A program made the translations under genes and the position numbers. The notes below the pieces were generated by a model. That model was not told the DNA's origin. It did no database searches and worked only from the letters and a program-made list of their open reading frames with translations. Below are positions 8,207-16,593 of a stretch of 64,000 nt of DNA, piece after piece (the stretch's first letter is position 1; each line of letters begins with the position of its first letter). This DNA comes from Desulfobacterales bacterium. Its GTDB lineage: Bacteria > Desulfobacterota > Desulfobacteria > Desulfobacterales > SpSt-501. The stretch is from positions 514 through 64,513 of the forward strand of contig DATITS010000059.1 of the NCBI GenBank assembly GCA_035467535.1, given 5' to 3'.

Positions 8207-9724
8207 ATGGGCGAACTGTTTGGCATTTTCCAAGGGCTCGCCGAGGGGTTTGGAATTGCCTTCTCGCTGAACAACCTGTTTTTCGCACTAATCGGAGCCC
8301 TTCTGGGCACGATGGTAGGGATTTTACCGGGCCTTGGCCCCTCCGCCACTATTTCCCTCCTCTTGCCGCTGAGTTTCAAGATAGGATCGCCCGTTAGCTC
8401 CATTATCATGATGGCGGGCATCTTTTATGGGGCCATGTACGGTGGCTCCACAACTTCCATCCTCGTCAATATCCCTGGCGAGGCGGCCTCGGTGGTCACC
8501 TGCATTGACGGATATCAAATGGCCAAGAAGGGCAGGGCAGGGCCTGCCTTGGGAATAGCAGCCATCGGATCCTTCATCGCGGGAACCATCGGCGTTATCG
8601 GCCTCACCTTCGTTGCACCCCCCTTGGCGGAGTTCGCCCTGAGCTTCGGTCCGCCGGAGTATTTCTCTCTCACTCTCCTGGGGTTGCTTATGGCAACTCT
8701 CATCGGAGGGGACTCTGTGGTCAAGGGCTTGATCATGGTGGTGGCCGGCCTGCTCATGGGCGCGGTGGGCCTGGATCCAATATCCGGTGCCATCCGATTC
8801 ACCTGGGGCATTCACATGCTTCAGGAGGGGATAGACTTTGTCACCATGGCGATGGGTCTCTTTGGAATTGGCGAAATACTCTTCAACCTGGAGCGGGTCC
8901 TTGTGACAAACTTGGTGACCCGGAAGATCACCCACCTCTGGCCCAGTCTGAAGGATTGGGCCGACTCTAAGTGGGCGATAATCCGGGGCTCATTTATCGG
9001 CTTCTTCATCGGGATCCTCCCGGGCGGGGGGGCCGTCATTTCCTCACTGGCCTCTTATGCCGTAGAGAAAAAAATGTCCAAAAACCCCCAGGAGTTCGGG
9101 AAAGGGGCAATCCAAGGGGTGGCCGGCCCGGAATCCGCGAACAATGCGGCTGCCAGCGCATCCTTCATCCCGCTGTTGACTCTCGGCATCCCTGGCAATG
9201 CAGCAATCGCCATGATTTTTGCGGCCTTGTTGATTCAAGGGGTTACGCCGGGGCCTTTCCTCATCAGCGAAAAGCCGGATATTTTCTGGGGGGTGATCGC
9301 CTCCATGTACATCGGCAACGCCATGCTGCTGATCTTGAACCTTCCCCTGGTGGGTGTGTGGGTACAACTCCTGAGGGTGCCATACTCAATCCTGGCCCCG
9401 GTGATCGTGCTGTTCTGTTGCGTAGGGGTTTACAGCTCCCGCAACTCCGCTTTCGACATCTGGGTCATGGGGGTCTTCGGCGTGATCGGCTACTTCCTGC
9501 GAAAACTGGAATTCGAACCCGGCCCCATGATCCTGGCCTTTGTTTTAGGACCTATCCTGGAAAACGGATTGAGGCAGTCCTTGCTCATGTCGGCTGGAAG
9601 CCCGCTTATATTTGTCTCCCGCCCCATCTCAGGATCGTTGATCGCTATCTTGGTCCTCTTCATCCTGACTCAAGTCGTTTTACGGTTGGCTTGGAAAAAA
9701 CCAGGGGCCGCATCCGGGCGCTGA
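8207..9724 (+). CDS. tctA: Tripartite tricarboxylate transporter large permease TctA
   Basis: The 505-aa polytopic protein contains GILPGLGPSATISLLLP, YGGSTTSILVNIPGE and EKKMSKNPQEFGKGAIQGVAGPESANNA, all typical of TctA. Confidence 0.9.
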   Translation: MGELFGIFQGLAEGFGIAFSLNNLFFALIGALLGTMVGILPGLGPSATISLLLPLSFKIGSPVSSIIMMAGIFYGAMYGGSTTSILVNIPGEAASVVTCIDGYQMAKKGRAGPALGIAAIGSFIAGTIGVIGLTFVAPPLAEFALSFGPPEYFSLTLLGLLMATLIGGDSVVKGLIMVVAGLLMGAVGLDPISGAIRFTWGIHMLQEGIDFVTMAMGLFGIGEILFNLERVLVTNLVTRKITHLWPSLKDWADSKWAIIRGSFIGFFIGILPGGGAVISSLASYAVEKKMSKNPQEFGKGAIQGVAGPESANNAAASASFIPLLTLGIPGNAAIAMIFAALLIQGVTPGPFLISEKPDIFWGVIASMYIGNAMLLILNLPLVGVWVQLLRVPYSILAPVIVLFCCVGVYSSRNSAFDIWVMGVFGVIGYFLRKLEFEPGPMILAFVLGPILENGLRQSLLMSAGSPLIFVSRPISGSLIAILVLFILTQVVLRLAWKKPGAASGR

Positions 9725-9764
9725 GGCCCGGGGGAACGGTCCCGCAGAAAAAAAGGAGGAAGCA

Positions 9765-10751
9765 ATGATAAAGTTGACATCTCGTCTAACGGTGTTGATT
9801 CTGGTGGTCTTCCTGGCGGGGCTCGCGGCAGGGCCGGCCGCATTTGCAGCGGACAAGTACCCCTCCAAACCCATCGAATTGGTCGTTCCCTTCTCTGCCG
9901 GCGGTTCGACGGACGTAATGGCTCGGCTCGTTGCCAAGTTTGCACCCAAACATTTCGATCAGCCCCTGGTGGTCGTCAATAAACCGGGCGGCGGAGGGAT
10001 TACCGGGACGGAAGGTGTGGTGCGATCCGCACCAGACGGCTACTCTCTCTTTGTCGGGTATGGATCGGGCCACGATTTAGTGACCCCCCACTTCCAGAAG
10101 TTGCCCTATGATACCTTCGGGGATCTGGTACCGGTGAGCCGCATTTCCGTACATTCCATCGTGGCGGTCGTTCGTTCGGACGCCCCCTACAAAACCCTCA
10201 AGGAGTTCTTGGCATGGGGCAAGAAAAAGGACCAAGTGACCGCTGCCGTGTCCACTAAAGCGGGGTCGGTTGATATCACGTTTCAGGCGCTGGCGAAGGC
10301 CAGTGGCGTCAATATCGTCACAATCCCTTTTAAGGGTGGAGCTGACGCCGTCAGGACGATCCTGGGCGGCCAAACAGATATCGGAGGCAACCACCCCTCG
10401 GAGATCATGAGCCACATCAAGGCCGGCCGGCTGGTCCCCGTTGGGGTGGCGCTGGAGGAGAGAGATCCCTCCCTCCCCAATGTGCCAACCTTCAAGGAAC
10501 TCGGCTATGACGTGGTGACCGTGGGCTCGGTCAAGGGGGTTGCGGCTCCCAAGGGGACCCCTCCAGAAGTTGTGAAGTATCTGGCAGAGCGGTTTAAAAA
10601 GGTCTGTGAGGACAAGGAATTCATTGCAGCCATGACGGAGATCGGCCAGCCGGTGATGTATCAAGGGCCGCAAGCGTTCGGCAAGTACCTCAAAGACGGC
10701 TTCGACACCTACGGGAAGCTGATCAAGGAATTTAACATCAAGATGGAATAG
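9765..10751 (+). CDS. tctC: TTT substrate-binding protein TctC (Bug family)
   Basis: A signal peptide is followed by YPSKPIELVVPFSAGGSTDVMARL, VNKPGGGG and IPFKGGADA. Confidence 0.9.
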   Translation: MIKLTSRLTVLILVVFLAGLAAGPAAFAADKYPSKPIELVVPFSAGGSTDVMARLVAKFAPKHFDQPLVVVNKPGGGGITGTEGVVRSAPDGYSLFVGYGSGHDLVTPHFQKLPYDTFGDLVPVSRISVHSIVAVVRSDAPYKTLKEFLAWGKKKDQVTAAVSTKAGSVDITFQALAKASGVNIVTIPFKGGADAVRTILGGQTDIGGNHPSEIMSHIKAGRLVPVGVALEERDPSLPNVPTFKELGYDVVTVGSVKGVAAPKGTPPEVVKYLAERFKKVCEDKEFIAAMTEIGQPVMYQGPQAFGKYLKDGFDTYGKLIKEFNIKME

Positions 10752-10790
10752 GCGGAAGACCCGATTCCGCTGCCATTGATGGAACTGATT

Positions 10791-10849
10791 CGCGCGGACC
10801 CCGGAAAAGGCCATGAGGAACTGCACGGGATCCGCGCGGATTGTTTTCT
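10791..10849 (+). terminator. Hairpin plus T-run between tctC and the corrinoid fusion gene (attenuator or partial terminator)
   Basis: The stems are CGCGCGGACCC (10791-10801) and GGGATCCGCGCG (10827-10838), followed by GATTGTTTTCT. The AAGGAG RBS of the next gene follows immediately. Confidence 0.5.
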
Positions 10850-10860
10850 AAGGAGATTAC

Positions 10861-12822
10861 ATGCCGCTGACCCACAAGCAGCGGATGCTTATGGCTGTGC
10901 AAGGCGACTTGCCGGATGAGCTTCCGTATGCCCCCCGCATCGATCTGTGGTACAACGCAAACCTTGCTGCCGGAACCTTGCCTGAGAGACACCGCGGCCG
11001 CACGGCGGACGAGATCGTTTTGGCCGAAGGATGGGCGCTGCACAAGGTGGTGGCGGATCACTTGCGCCAACCCCGCGCGGATGCAATGCTGCACCGAGCA
11101 TTAGGGGTGCATTTCTTGAAGGAGTACGTTGCGCACTTTATATTCACCAAGCGAGTGAAAATCGATGTGCTGCGTGAAGGCGACCGCACGCGCATCCGCT
11201 ACACCACCGCCAAGGGATCCATCAACACCAGCACCGTTTACAGCCAGGAAATGCGGCGCTCTGGCACCTCCGTCCCCTGGATTGAAGAGCATGCCGTCAA
11301 AACACCGGATGATATAGATGTGCTGGCCAGTGTGTTTGAAAATATAGACGTCGTGCCAAATTACGAGACGTTTAAGACCCACGAGACGCAAGTAGGCGAG
11401 AACGGCTTGCCGGTTACCGCCTTCACCGTAGCAGCCGGGCCTGTTCACCATATCCAGAAATACTTTTTGGGTGCGACCGAATTCTTCAATTATTACCACG
11501 ACCACCAGCCTAAACTGCTCCGCCTCGCCGAGGCACTGTCCCCCTTGTATGAAAAGGCATTGCACATCGTCGCAGAATCCCCAGCCCGCGTTATCCAATG
11601 GGGGTCCAACTTCGACGATATGCTCACATTTCCTCCGATGTTCGAGAAACATTTCCTGCCCTGGATCCGGAAAGCCAAAGAGGTGTTAAGTCCTAAAAAC
11701 ATCCGAGTCCTCTGCCATACCGACGGTGAGAACAACGGGCTGATGGACCTTCTGCATGATTCAGGGATGGACGTTGCCGAGGCGGTCTGCCCGGCGCCCA
11801 TGACCAAGGTCACCATCCAGGAGTACTATCGGCGCTGGAGCGATCGGATCACCATTTTCGGCGGAGTGCCCTCCAATCTGCTTCTGCCGCAGCTTACCCC
11901 CGATGAGCAATTTAACAGTTTCATGGATGGGCTTTTCTCCGGCATAGGCGATGGGCGCAGGTTCATCCTTGGCATAGCGGACACCACGCCGCCGGATGCC
12001 GACTTCGAGCGGCTGGTCCGTATCGGCGAGATGGCCCGGGAGAGGGGGCGCCTGCCCCTGAAGGCCGGTTCATTCAACCCGGTTGACCCCGCGGCGGTCG
12101 CCGGGGTGCTTGCAGAAAAGGAATCTGCGGTATCGGACTTGCAAGATACCCGGTTTGCACAAATACGGCGGGCGGTCCTCGAGGGCCGGGAACAGGATCT
12201 CATCGGAGAGGTCCAGGAACTCCTGTTAAAGAAAACCGCCCCCAAGGATATCATCGATCAGGGAATGGTCGCTGCTATGGAAAGCCTCAACGCGTCGTTC
12301 AAAAACGGCACTGTCTTCATACCGGAAGTGCTGGCAGCCGCTCGGGCTATGAATGCGGCCGTGCTCTTTCTGGAACCGCATCTTACTGAAAAAGAAAAAA
12401 ACAGGGGAGGCAAAATCCTGATCGGCACGGTCAAGGGTGACCTTCACGACATCGGTAAAAACATGGTTGCGACCATGCTGCGCGGCGTCGGGTTCAACGT
12501 GACCGACTTGGGGATCAACATTAGCGCCGATCTCTTCGCCAAGAAAATTGCCGAGGAACGCCCGCAGGTCCTGGGGTTGTCCGCTCTGCTCACCACCACC
12601 ATGCCGGAGATGGGCAAGGTCCTGGAAGCGCTTGATAAGGCTGGTTTGAGAAACTCGGTGAAAGTCATGGTTGGTGGAGCCCCGGTAAACGCTCGATTTG
12701 CACGAGATATCGGAGCGGATGGTTACGGCCGCGACGCAGCCGCGGCCGTTGAGGTGGCTAGGGCGCTAGTTGCTGAATCCGCATTTCTTGAGACGAAGGC
12801 CGCAGTGCCGGCCAGGGGATGA
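10861..12822 (+). CDS. Fusion protein: URO-D-like (MtaA/CmuA-superfamily) domain plus B12-binding corrinoid domain
   Basis: The 653-aa protein has a C-terminal part of about 210 aa with a B12-binding_2 helical cap and a Rossmann B12 domain carrying the D-x-H-x-x-G signature (GTVKGDLHDIGKN), plus SALLTTTMP and MVGGAPV. The N-terminal part of about 420 aa resembles uroporphyrinogen-decarboxylase-fold methyltransferases (GSNFDDMLTFPPMFEKHFLPW, VLCHTDGEN, ITIFGGVPSNLL). Confidence 0.75.
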   Translation: MPLTHKQRMLMAVQGDLPDELPYAPRIDLWYNANLAAGTLPERHRGRTADEIVLAEGWALHKVVADHLRQPRADAMLHRALGVHFLKEYVAHFIFTKRVKIDVLREGDRTRIRYTTAKGSINTSTVYSQEMRRSGTSVPWIEEHAVKTPDDIDVLASVFENIDVVPNYETFKTHETQVGENGLPVTAFTVAAGPVHHIQKYFLGATEFFNYYHDHQPKLLRLAEALSPLYEKALHIVAESPARVIQWGSNFDDMLTFPPMFEKHFLPWIRKAKEVLSPKNIRVLCHTDGENNGLMDLLHDSGMDVAEAVCPAPMTKVTIQEYYRRWSDRITIFGGVPSNLLLPQLTPDEQFNSFMDGLFSGIGDGRRFILGIADTTPPDADFERLVRIGEMARERGRLPLKAGSFNPVDPAAVAGVLAEKESAVSDLQDTRFAQIRRAVLEGREQDLIGEVQELLLKKTAPKDIIDQGMVAAMESLNASFKNGTVFIPEVLAAARAMNAAVLFLEPHLTEKEKNRGGKILIGTVKGDLHDIGKNMVATMLRGVGFNVTDLGINISADLFAKKIAEERPQVLGLSALLTTTMPEMGKVLEALDKAGLRNSVKVMVGGAPVNARFARDIGADGYGRDAAAAVEVARALVAESAFLETKAAVPARG

Positions 12823-14138
12823 AAAACGCTATGCAAATTTTATCGAATACCATCGATCGATTGGTGGGGGATGTTCCCATCCCCCGCGTCGTGAAGGTCC
12901 GGCAGAAGTTCGAGCGGCCCTTCATAGCGGATGTTGAAGCAGCGGTTTTAGACCGGCTGCACAGCTCGCGCGTTCTCGACGCTGTGCGACCGGGTATGCG
13001 CATCGCCGTCGGCGTCGGGAGCCGGGGGATCGCCAACCAGCCGCTTGTCGTAAGGCTCTTGGTGAGCCAACTCAAGGCCAAGGGGGCCGAACCGTTCATC
13101 TTCCCCGCCATGGGCAGCCACGGCGGGGCCACGGCGGAAGGGCAGCAGGACCTTCTTGCTCGCACGGGCGTCACGGAGCAGGCCATGGGAGCCCCCATCC
13201 GTTCCACCATGGACGTGGTCGACATGGGAACGGCTGAAAACGGGCTTACGGCATGGTTTGACGCGTATGCCGCCGCGGCGGACGGCATCGTGCTGGTGAA
13301 CCGGATCAAACCCCATGTCTCCTTCAGGGGCCAATACGAGAGCGGCCTGATGAAAATGATCGCCATCGGGCTCGGCAAGCAGAAAGGCGCAGAGGCCAGC
13401 CACCAGCTGGGCATGGAGCGTATGCTCGAAAACATCGTGGCGGTTGGTCGTAAGGCACTTGCGACCGGGAAAATCCTTTTCGGGATCGCCTTGGTCGAGA
13501 ACGCTTACCATGAGACCTGTCGCATCGAGGCCGTCCCCGCCCATCGCATCGAGGAGGAGGAAGTCGCGCTCCAGGCGGAAGCCAAACGACTGGAACCGAG
13601 GATCCTCTTCGACCGCTTGGATGTCCTCATCATCGATGAAATCGGCAAGAACATCTCGGGGACCGGCTTTGACAACAACGTCGTGGGCCGTTACCACCTG
13701 CCGCACATGAAATCCGAAGGCCCCTTCATCACGCGCATCTGCGTTCTGGACATCACCGATGCCTCGCACGGCAACGGCAACGGCCTGGGCATCGTCGACT
13801 TCACCACCGAGCGGGCCTTCCGGAAATTCAGCTTCGAGGAGACCTACCCCAACGCTCTTACCTCCACCGTGCTGGCGAGCGTCAAAATCCCCATGGTGCT
13901 AAAAACCGACCGACTGGCCATCCAGGCGGCAATCAAAACCTGCAATATTGCGGACTTCCGGAACGTGAGGTTGGGGCGCATCAAGAACACCCTCGAGGCC
14001 CACCTGCTGGAGATCTCGGAAAACCTTCTTGATGGGGCCCGGGCAAACCCCGGCATCGATATCCTTTCCGAACCTTACGAACTGGCTTTCAACGCGGAAG
14101 GAAGCCTCCCGGGAGGCGCTCCGGTTTCTCAGCCCTGA
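12819..14138 (+). CDS. LarA_N/DUF2088 (lactate-racemase-domain) family protein, copy 1
   Basis: The 439-aa protein has the blocks FPAMGSHGGAT, DGIVLVNRIKPHVSFRGQYESGLMKMI, ENAYHET and LDVLIIDEIGKNISGTGFD. Its ATG overlaps the upstream stop (ATGA). A paralogue lies at 40303..41571. The family assignment is from memory of the LarA N-terminal architecture and is not exact. Confidence 0.65.
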   Translation: MKNAMQILSNTIDRLVGDVPIPRVVKVRQKFERPFIADVEAAVLDRLHSSRVLDAVRPGMRIAVGVGSRGIANQPLVVRLLVSQLKAKGAEPFIFPAMGSHGGATAEGQQDLLARTGVTEQAMGAPIRSTMDVVDMGTAENGLTAWFDAYAAAADGIVLVNRIKPHVSFRGQYESGLMKMIAIGLGKQKGAEASHQLGMERMLENIVAVGRKALATGKILFGIALVENAYHETCRIEAVPAHRIEEEEVALQAEAKRLEPRILFDRLDVLIIDEIGKNISGTGFDNNVVGRYHLPHMKSEGPFITRICVLDITDASHGNGNGLGIVDFTTERAFRKFSFEETYPNALTSTVLASVKIPMVLKTDRLAIQAAIKTCNIADFRNVRLGRIKNTLEAHLLEISENLLDGARANPGIDILSEPYELAFNAEGSLPGGAPVSQP

Positions 14139-14154
14139 GCTTTCCGGCTGCGCG

Positions 14155-15510
14155 CTATAGGCTTCTTTTCCGACCCGGTGTGTGCGTGCGGATGAACTCC
14201 GCGAGCACATGGTCCAGATCGGGCTGCCCGATCTCCTGCAGGTTGTAATAAACGCGCGTGCTCGGTTTCTTGATCGTAACGATGCGCTTCAGGTCGATGG
14301 GGGTGCCGATCACCACCGCATCACATTCGGTGCGGTTGATGGTGGCTTCCAGGTCCTTGAGCTGCCGGGTTCCGTAGCCCATGGCGGGCAGCACCGCGCC
14401 GATGCCCGGGTACATCCGGAACGTCTCCTTGATCCGTCCCACCAGATACGGCCGGGGGTCGACAAGCTCCGCCGCCCCGAACTTGCGCGCCGCCACTACC
14501 GCCGCCCCGATTTTCATCCCGCCGTGGGTCAGCGTCGGCCCGTCTTCCACGGCCAGAACCCGCCTGCCCCGGACCACGGCCGGGTTGTCCATTTCGAGCA
14601 CCGAGGCGGCGTCGATGACGACCGCCTTCGGGTTGACCGCTGCGATGTTCCGGCGCACGGCATCGATGCCGGCGGAATCGGCGCTGTCGATCTTGTTGAT
14701 CACCACCACGTCGGCCAGCCTCAGGGTGACGTTGCCCGGGTAGTAGCACATCTCGTGCCCCGGCCGGTGGGGGTCCACCACGGTCACGTGCAGGTCGGGC
14801 TTGTAAAAGGGAAAGTCGTTGTTGCCGCCGTCCCAGAGAATCACGTCGCACCCCTTGGGGTCGTTCTCGGCCGCACGCAGGATGGCCTCGTAGTCCACCC
14901 CGGCATAAATAACGTTGCCGCGCACGACATGAGGCTCGTACTCCTCCATCTCCTCGACCGTGCACTTGCGTTTCGCCAGATCGCTGATCCTGGAAAACCG
15001 CTGCACCTTCTGGGCGGCAAGGTCGCCGTAGGGCATGGGATGGCGCACGGCCACCACCTTCAACCCTTTGGCCATGAGGATTTCGATGATGCGCCGCGCG
15101 GTCTGGCTTTTGCCGCACCCGGTGCGCACCGCACCCACCGAGATCACGGGCCTGGCACTCTTCAGCATGGTGGCCTTCGGCCCCGGCAGCACGAAGTTGG
15201 CACCCGCCGCCTGCACGACGGCAGCGACGTTCATGACGTGCTGGTAGGAGACGTCGCTGTAGGAGAACACGCAATCGCTCACGTCGAAGGCACGGATCAG
15301 CTTGGGCAAGTCGGCCTCGGGGTGGATGGGGATCCCCTTGGGGTAGAGCTTTCCCGCCAAGGCCGCCGGATAGTTGCGCCCGGCGATGTCGGGGATCTGG
15401 GCCGCAGTGAAGGCGACCACCCGTTGACTGTCGTCGTCGCGATAGACCGTGTTGAAGTTGTGAAAATCGCGTCCGGCAGCACCGATAATGACTACATTTT
15501 TGCGCTTCAC
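14155..15510 (-). CDS. COG2403-type GTPase (cyclic 2,3-diphosphoglycerate-synthetase-like)
   Basis: The 451-aa protein starts VVIIGAAGRDFHNFN and has a P-loop, GAVRTGCGKSQTA. This family is commonly found next to carbamate kinase and OTC genes. Confidence 0.7.
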   Translation of the reverse strand: MKRKNVVIIGAAGRDFHNFNTVYRDDDSQRVVAFTAAQIPDIAGRNYPAALAGKLYPKGIPIHPEADLPKLIRAFDVSDCVFSYSDVSYQHVMNVAAVVQAAGANFVLPGPKATMLKSARPVISVGAVRTGCGKSQTARRIIEILMAKGLKVVAVRHPMPYGDLAAQKVQRFSRISDLAKRKCTVEEMEEYEPHVVRGNVIYAGVDYEAILRAAENDPKGCDVILWDGGNNDFPFYKPDLHVTVVDPHRPGHEMCYYPGNVTLRLADVVVINKIDSADSAGIDAVRRNIAAVNPKAVVIDAASVLEMDNPAVVRGRRVLAVEDGPTLTHGGMKIGAAVVAARKFGAAELVDPRPYLVGRIKETFRMYPGIGAVLPAMGYGTRQLKDLEATINRTECDAVVIGTPIDLKRIVTIKKPSTRVYYNLQEIGQPDLDHVLAEFIRTHTPGRKRSL

Positions 15511-16457
15511 GCGTTCTCCCTTTCGGTTGGCCCGTAAACTTCCGTCCCTGCCTCGCCGGCGACGGCTTGCGCGATCTCCTCCAGGTGACAGATGATGCCG
15601 CGGCCCCCGGAGGCTTTCACAAACCGGGTGATGGCTTCCACCTTGGGGCCCATGGAGCCGGCCGGGAAATGGCCCTCGGCCGAGTAGCGCTCCATCTCGG
15701 CCGCGGGAACTTTCCTCAATACCCGCTGCTCCGGCTTGCCCCGGTGGACGGATGCCCCGGACACATCCGAGGCGATGAGGAAGAGATCCGCCTTGATTTC
15801 GCTTGCGAGCACCGCGCTGGCGAGGTCCTTGTCGATGACGGCATCCACCCCTCTGAATTTGCGCTCTTTGCGGACCACCGGGATGCCCCCGCCGCCGCAG
15901 CAGATGACGATGAACTCCATCTCGATCAACTTCTTGATCTCGCGATGCTCGACAATTGCGAGCGGTGTGGGGCTCGCCACGACGCGCCGGAAGCCTTTGT
16001 CCGTCTTGACCATGGTGTAGGGCAAACGTCCGGCCTGCTCCTCGGTGTAGGCGGGACCGATGGGCTTGGTGGGGTTCTGAAACGCCGGGTCTTTCTCGTC
16101 AACCACGACATAGGAGATCAGCGAGATGAACAGTTGCTCCGTGGTGACACCCATCTCCATCAGCGCCCGGTCGAGGCTGGATTCGATCATGTAGCCGATC
16201 TGACCCTGGGTCATGGCGACGATGATCTCGAGCGGCATGTCGGGCACCTCGCGGCAGCTCTCCTGCTGCAGGAGCAGGTTGCCCGCCTGAGGGCCGTTGC
16301 CGTGGGTGATCACGATGCGGTAATCACGCGACAGGCAGGCAATCTGACGCATGGGCACCTTCAGGTTCGCGAACTGCTCCTCGACCGTGCCCTTCTGGCC
16401 TTTCTGAATCAGGGCGTTGCCGCCCAAGGCGATCAACATGAGTGGTTTTATCGACAT
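15507..16457 (-). CDS. arcC: Carbamate kinase
   Basis: LIALGGNAL, ITHGNGPQAGNLLLQ, CCGGGGIPV and GHFPAGSMGPKVEA are carbamate kinase signatures. Confidence 0.9.
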   Translation of the reverse strand: MSIKPLMLIALGGNALIQKGQKGTVEEQFANLKVPMRQIACLSRDYRIVITHGNGPQAGNLLLQQESCREVPDMPLEIIVAMTQGQIGYMIESSLDRALMEMGVTTEQLFISLISYVVVDEKDPAFQNPTKPIGPAYTEEQAGRLPYTMVKTDKGFRRVVASPTPLAIVEHREIKKLIEMEFIVICCGGGGIPVVRKERKFRGVDAVIDKDLASAVLASEIKADLFLIASDVSGASVHRGKPEQRVLRKVPAAEMERYSAEGHFPAGSMGPKVEAITRFVKASGGRGIICHLEEIAQAVAGEAGTEVYGPTERENA

Positions 16458-16471
16458 GGCTGATAGATAAC

Positions 16472-16557
16472 GGATGCTCGATACGCGATGCTGGATGAAT
16501 AGGATTGCCAGCGAAGAGCCGCTGCGGCCTTAATCTCTTATCGCGTATCGGGCATCC
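16472..16557. repeat. 18-bp inverted repeat inside the OTC-carbamate kinase spacer
   Basis: GGATGCTCGATACGCGAT (16472-16489) pairs with ATCGCGTATCGGGCATCC (16540-16557) at 17 of 18 positions. The loop of about 50 nt contains a small GCCGC/GCGGC hairpin. Confidence 0.55.
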
Positions 16558-16593
16558 AGAATCTCGCATCGCGCGCAGCGCTTTATCGGCGCG

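Noticed and set aside
10752-10860. A possible cobalamin riboswitch upstream of the corrinoid fusion gene
   Set aside because: The gap is only about 108 nt and is occupied by a simple hairpin plus T-run. I see no B12-box-like sequence, and the region is too short for the riboswitch fold.
14182-15537. A 451-aa + strand ORF mirroring the COG2403 GTPase gene; similar mirrors at 15567..16463, 16633..17505, 20512..21747, 41651..42775 and 53683..54834
   Set aside because: All are antisense to strongly supported genes. Their translated sequences are dominated by G/R/D/H/V runs with no motifs and no RBS. I treat them as GC-driven artefacts.
16472-16557. A pseudoknot-like crossed pairing in the OTC/arcC spacer
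   Set aside because: On re-reading, the two motif pairs belong to a single 18-bp inverted repeat (a simple long-range hairpin). The crossed arrangement came from parsing the arms in the wrong register.
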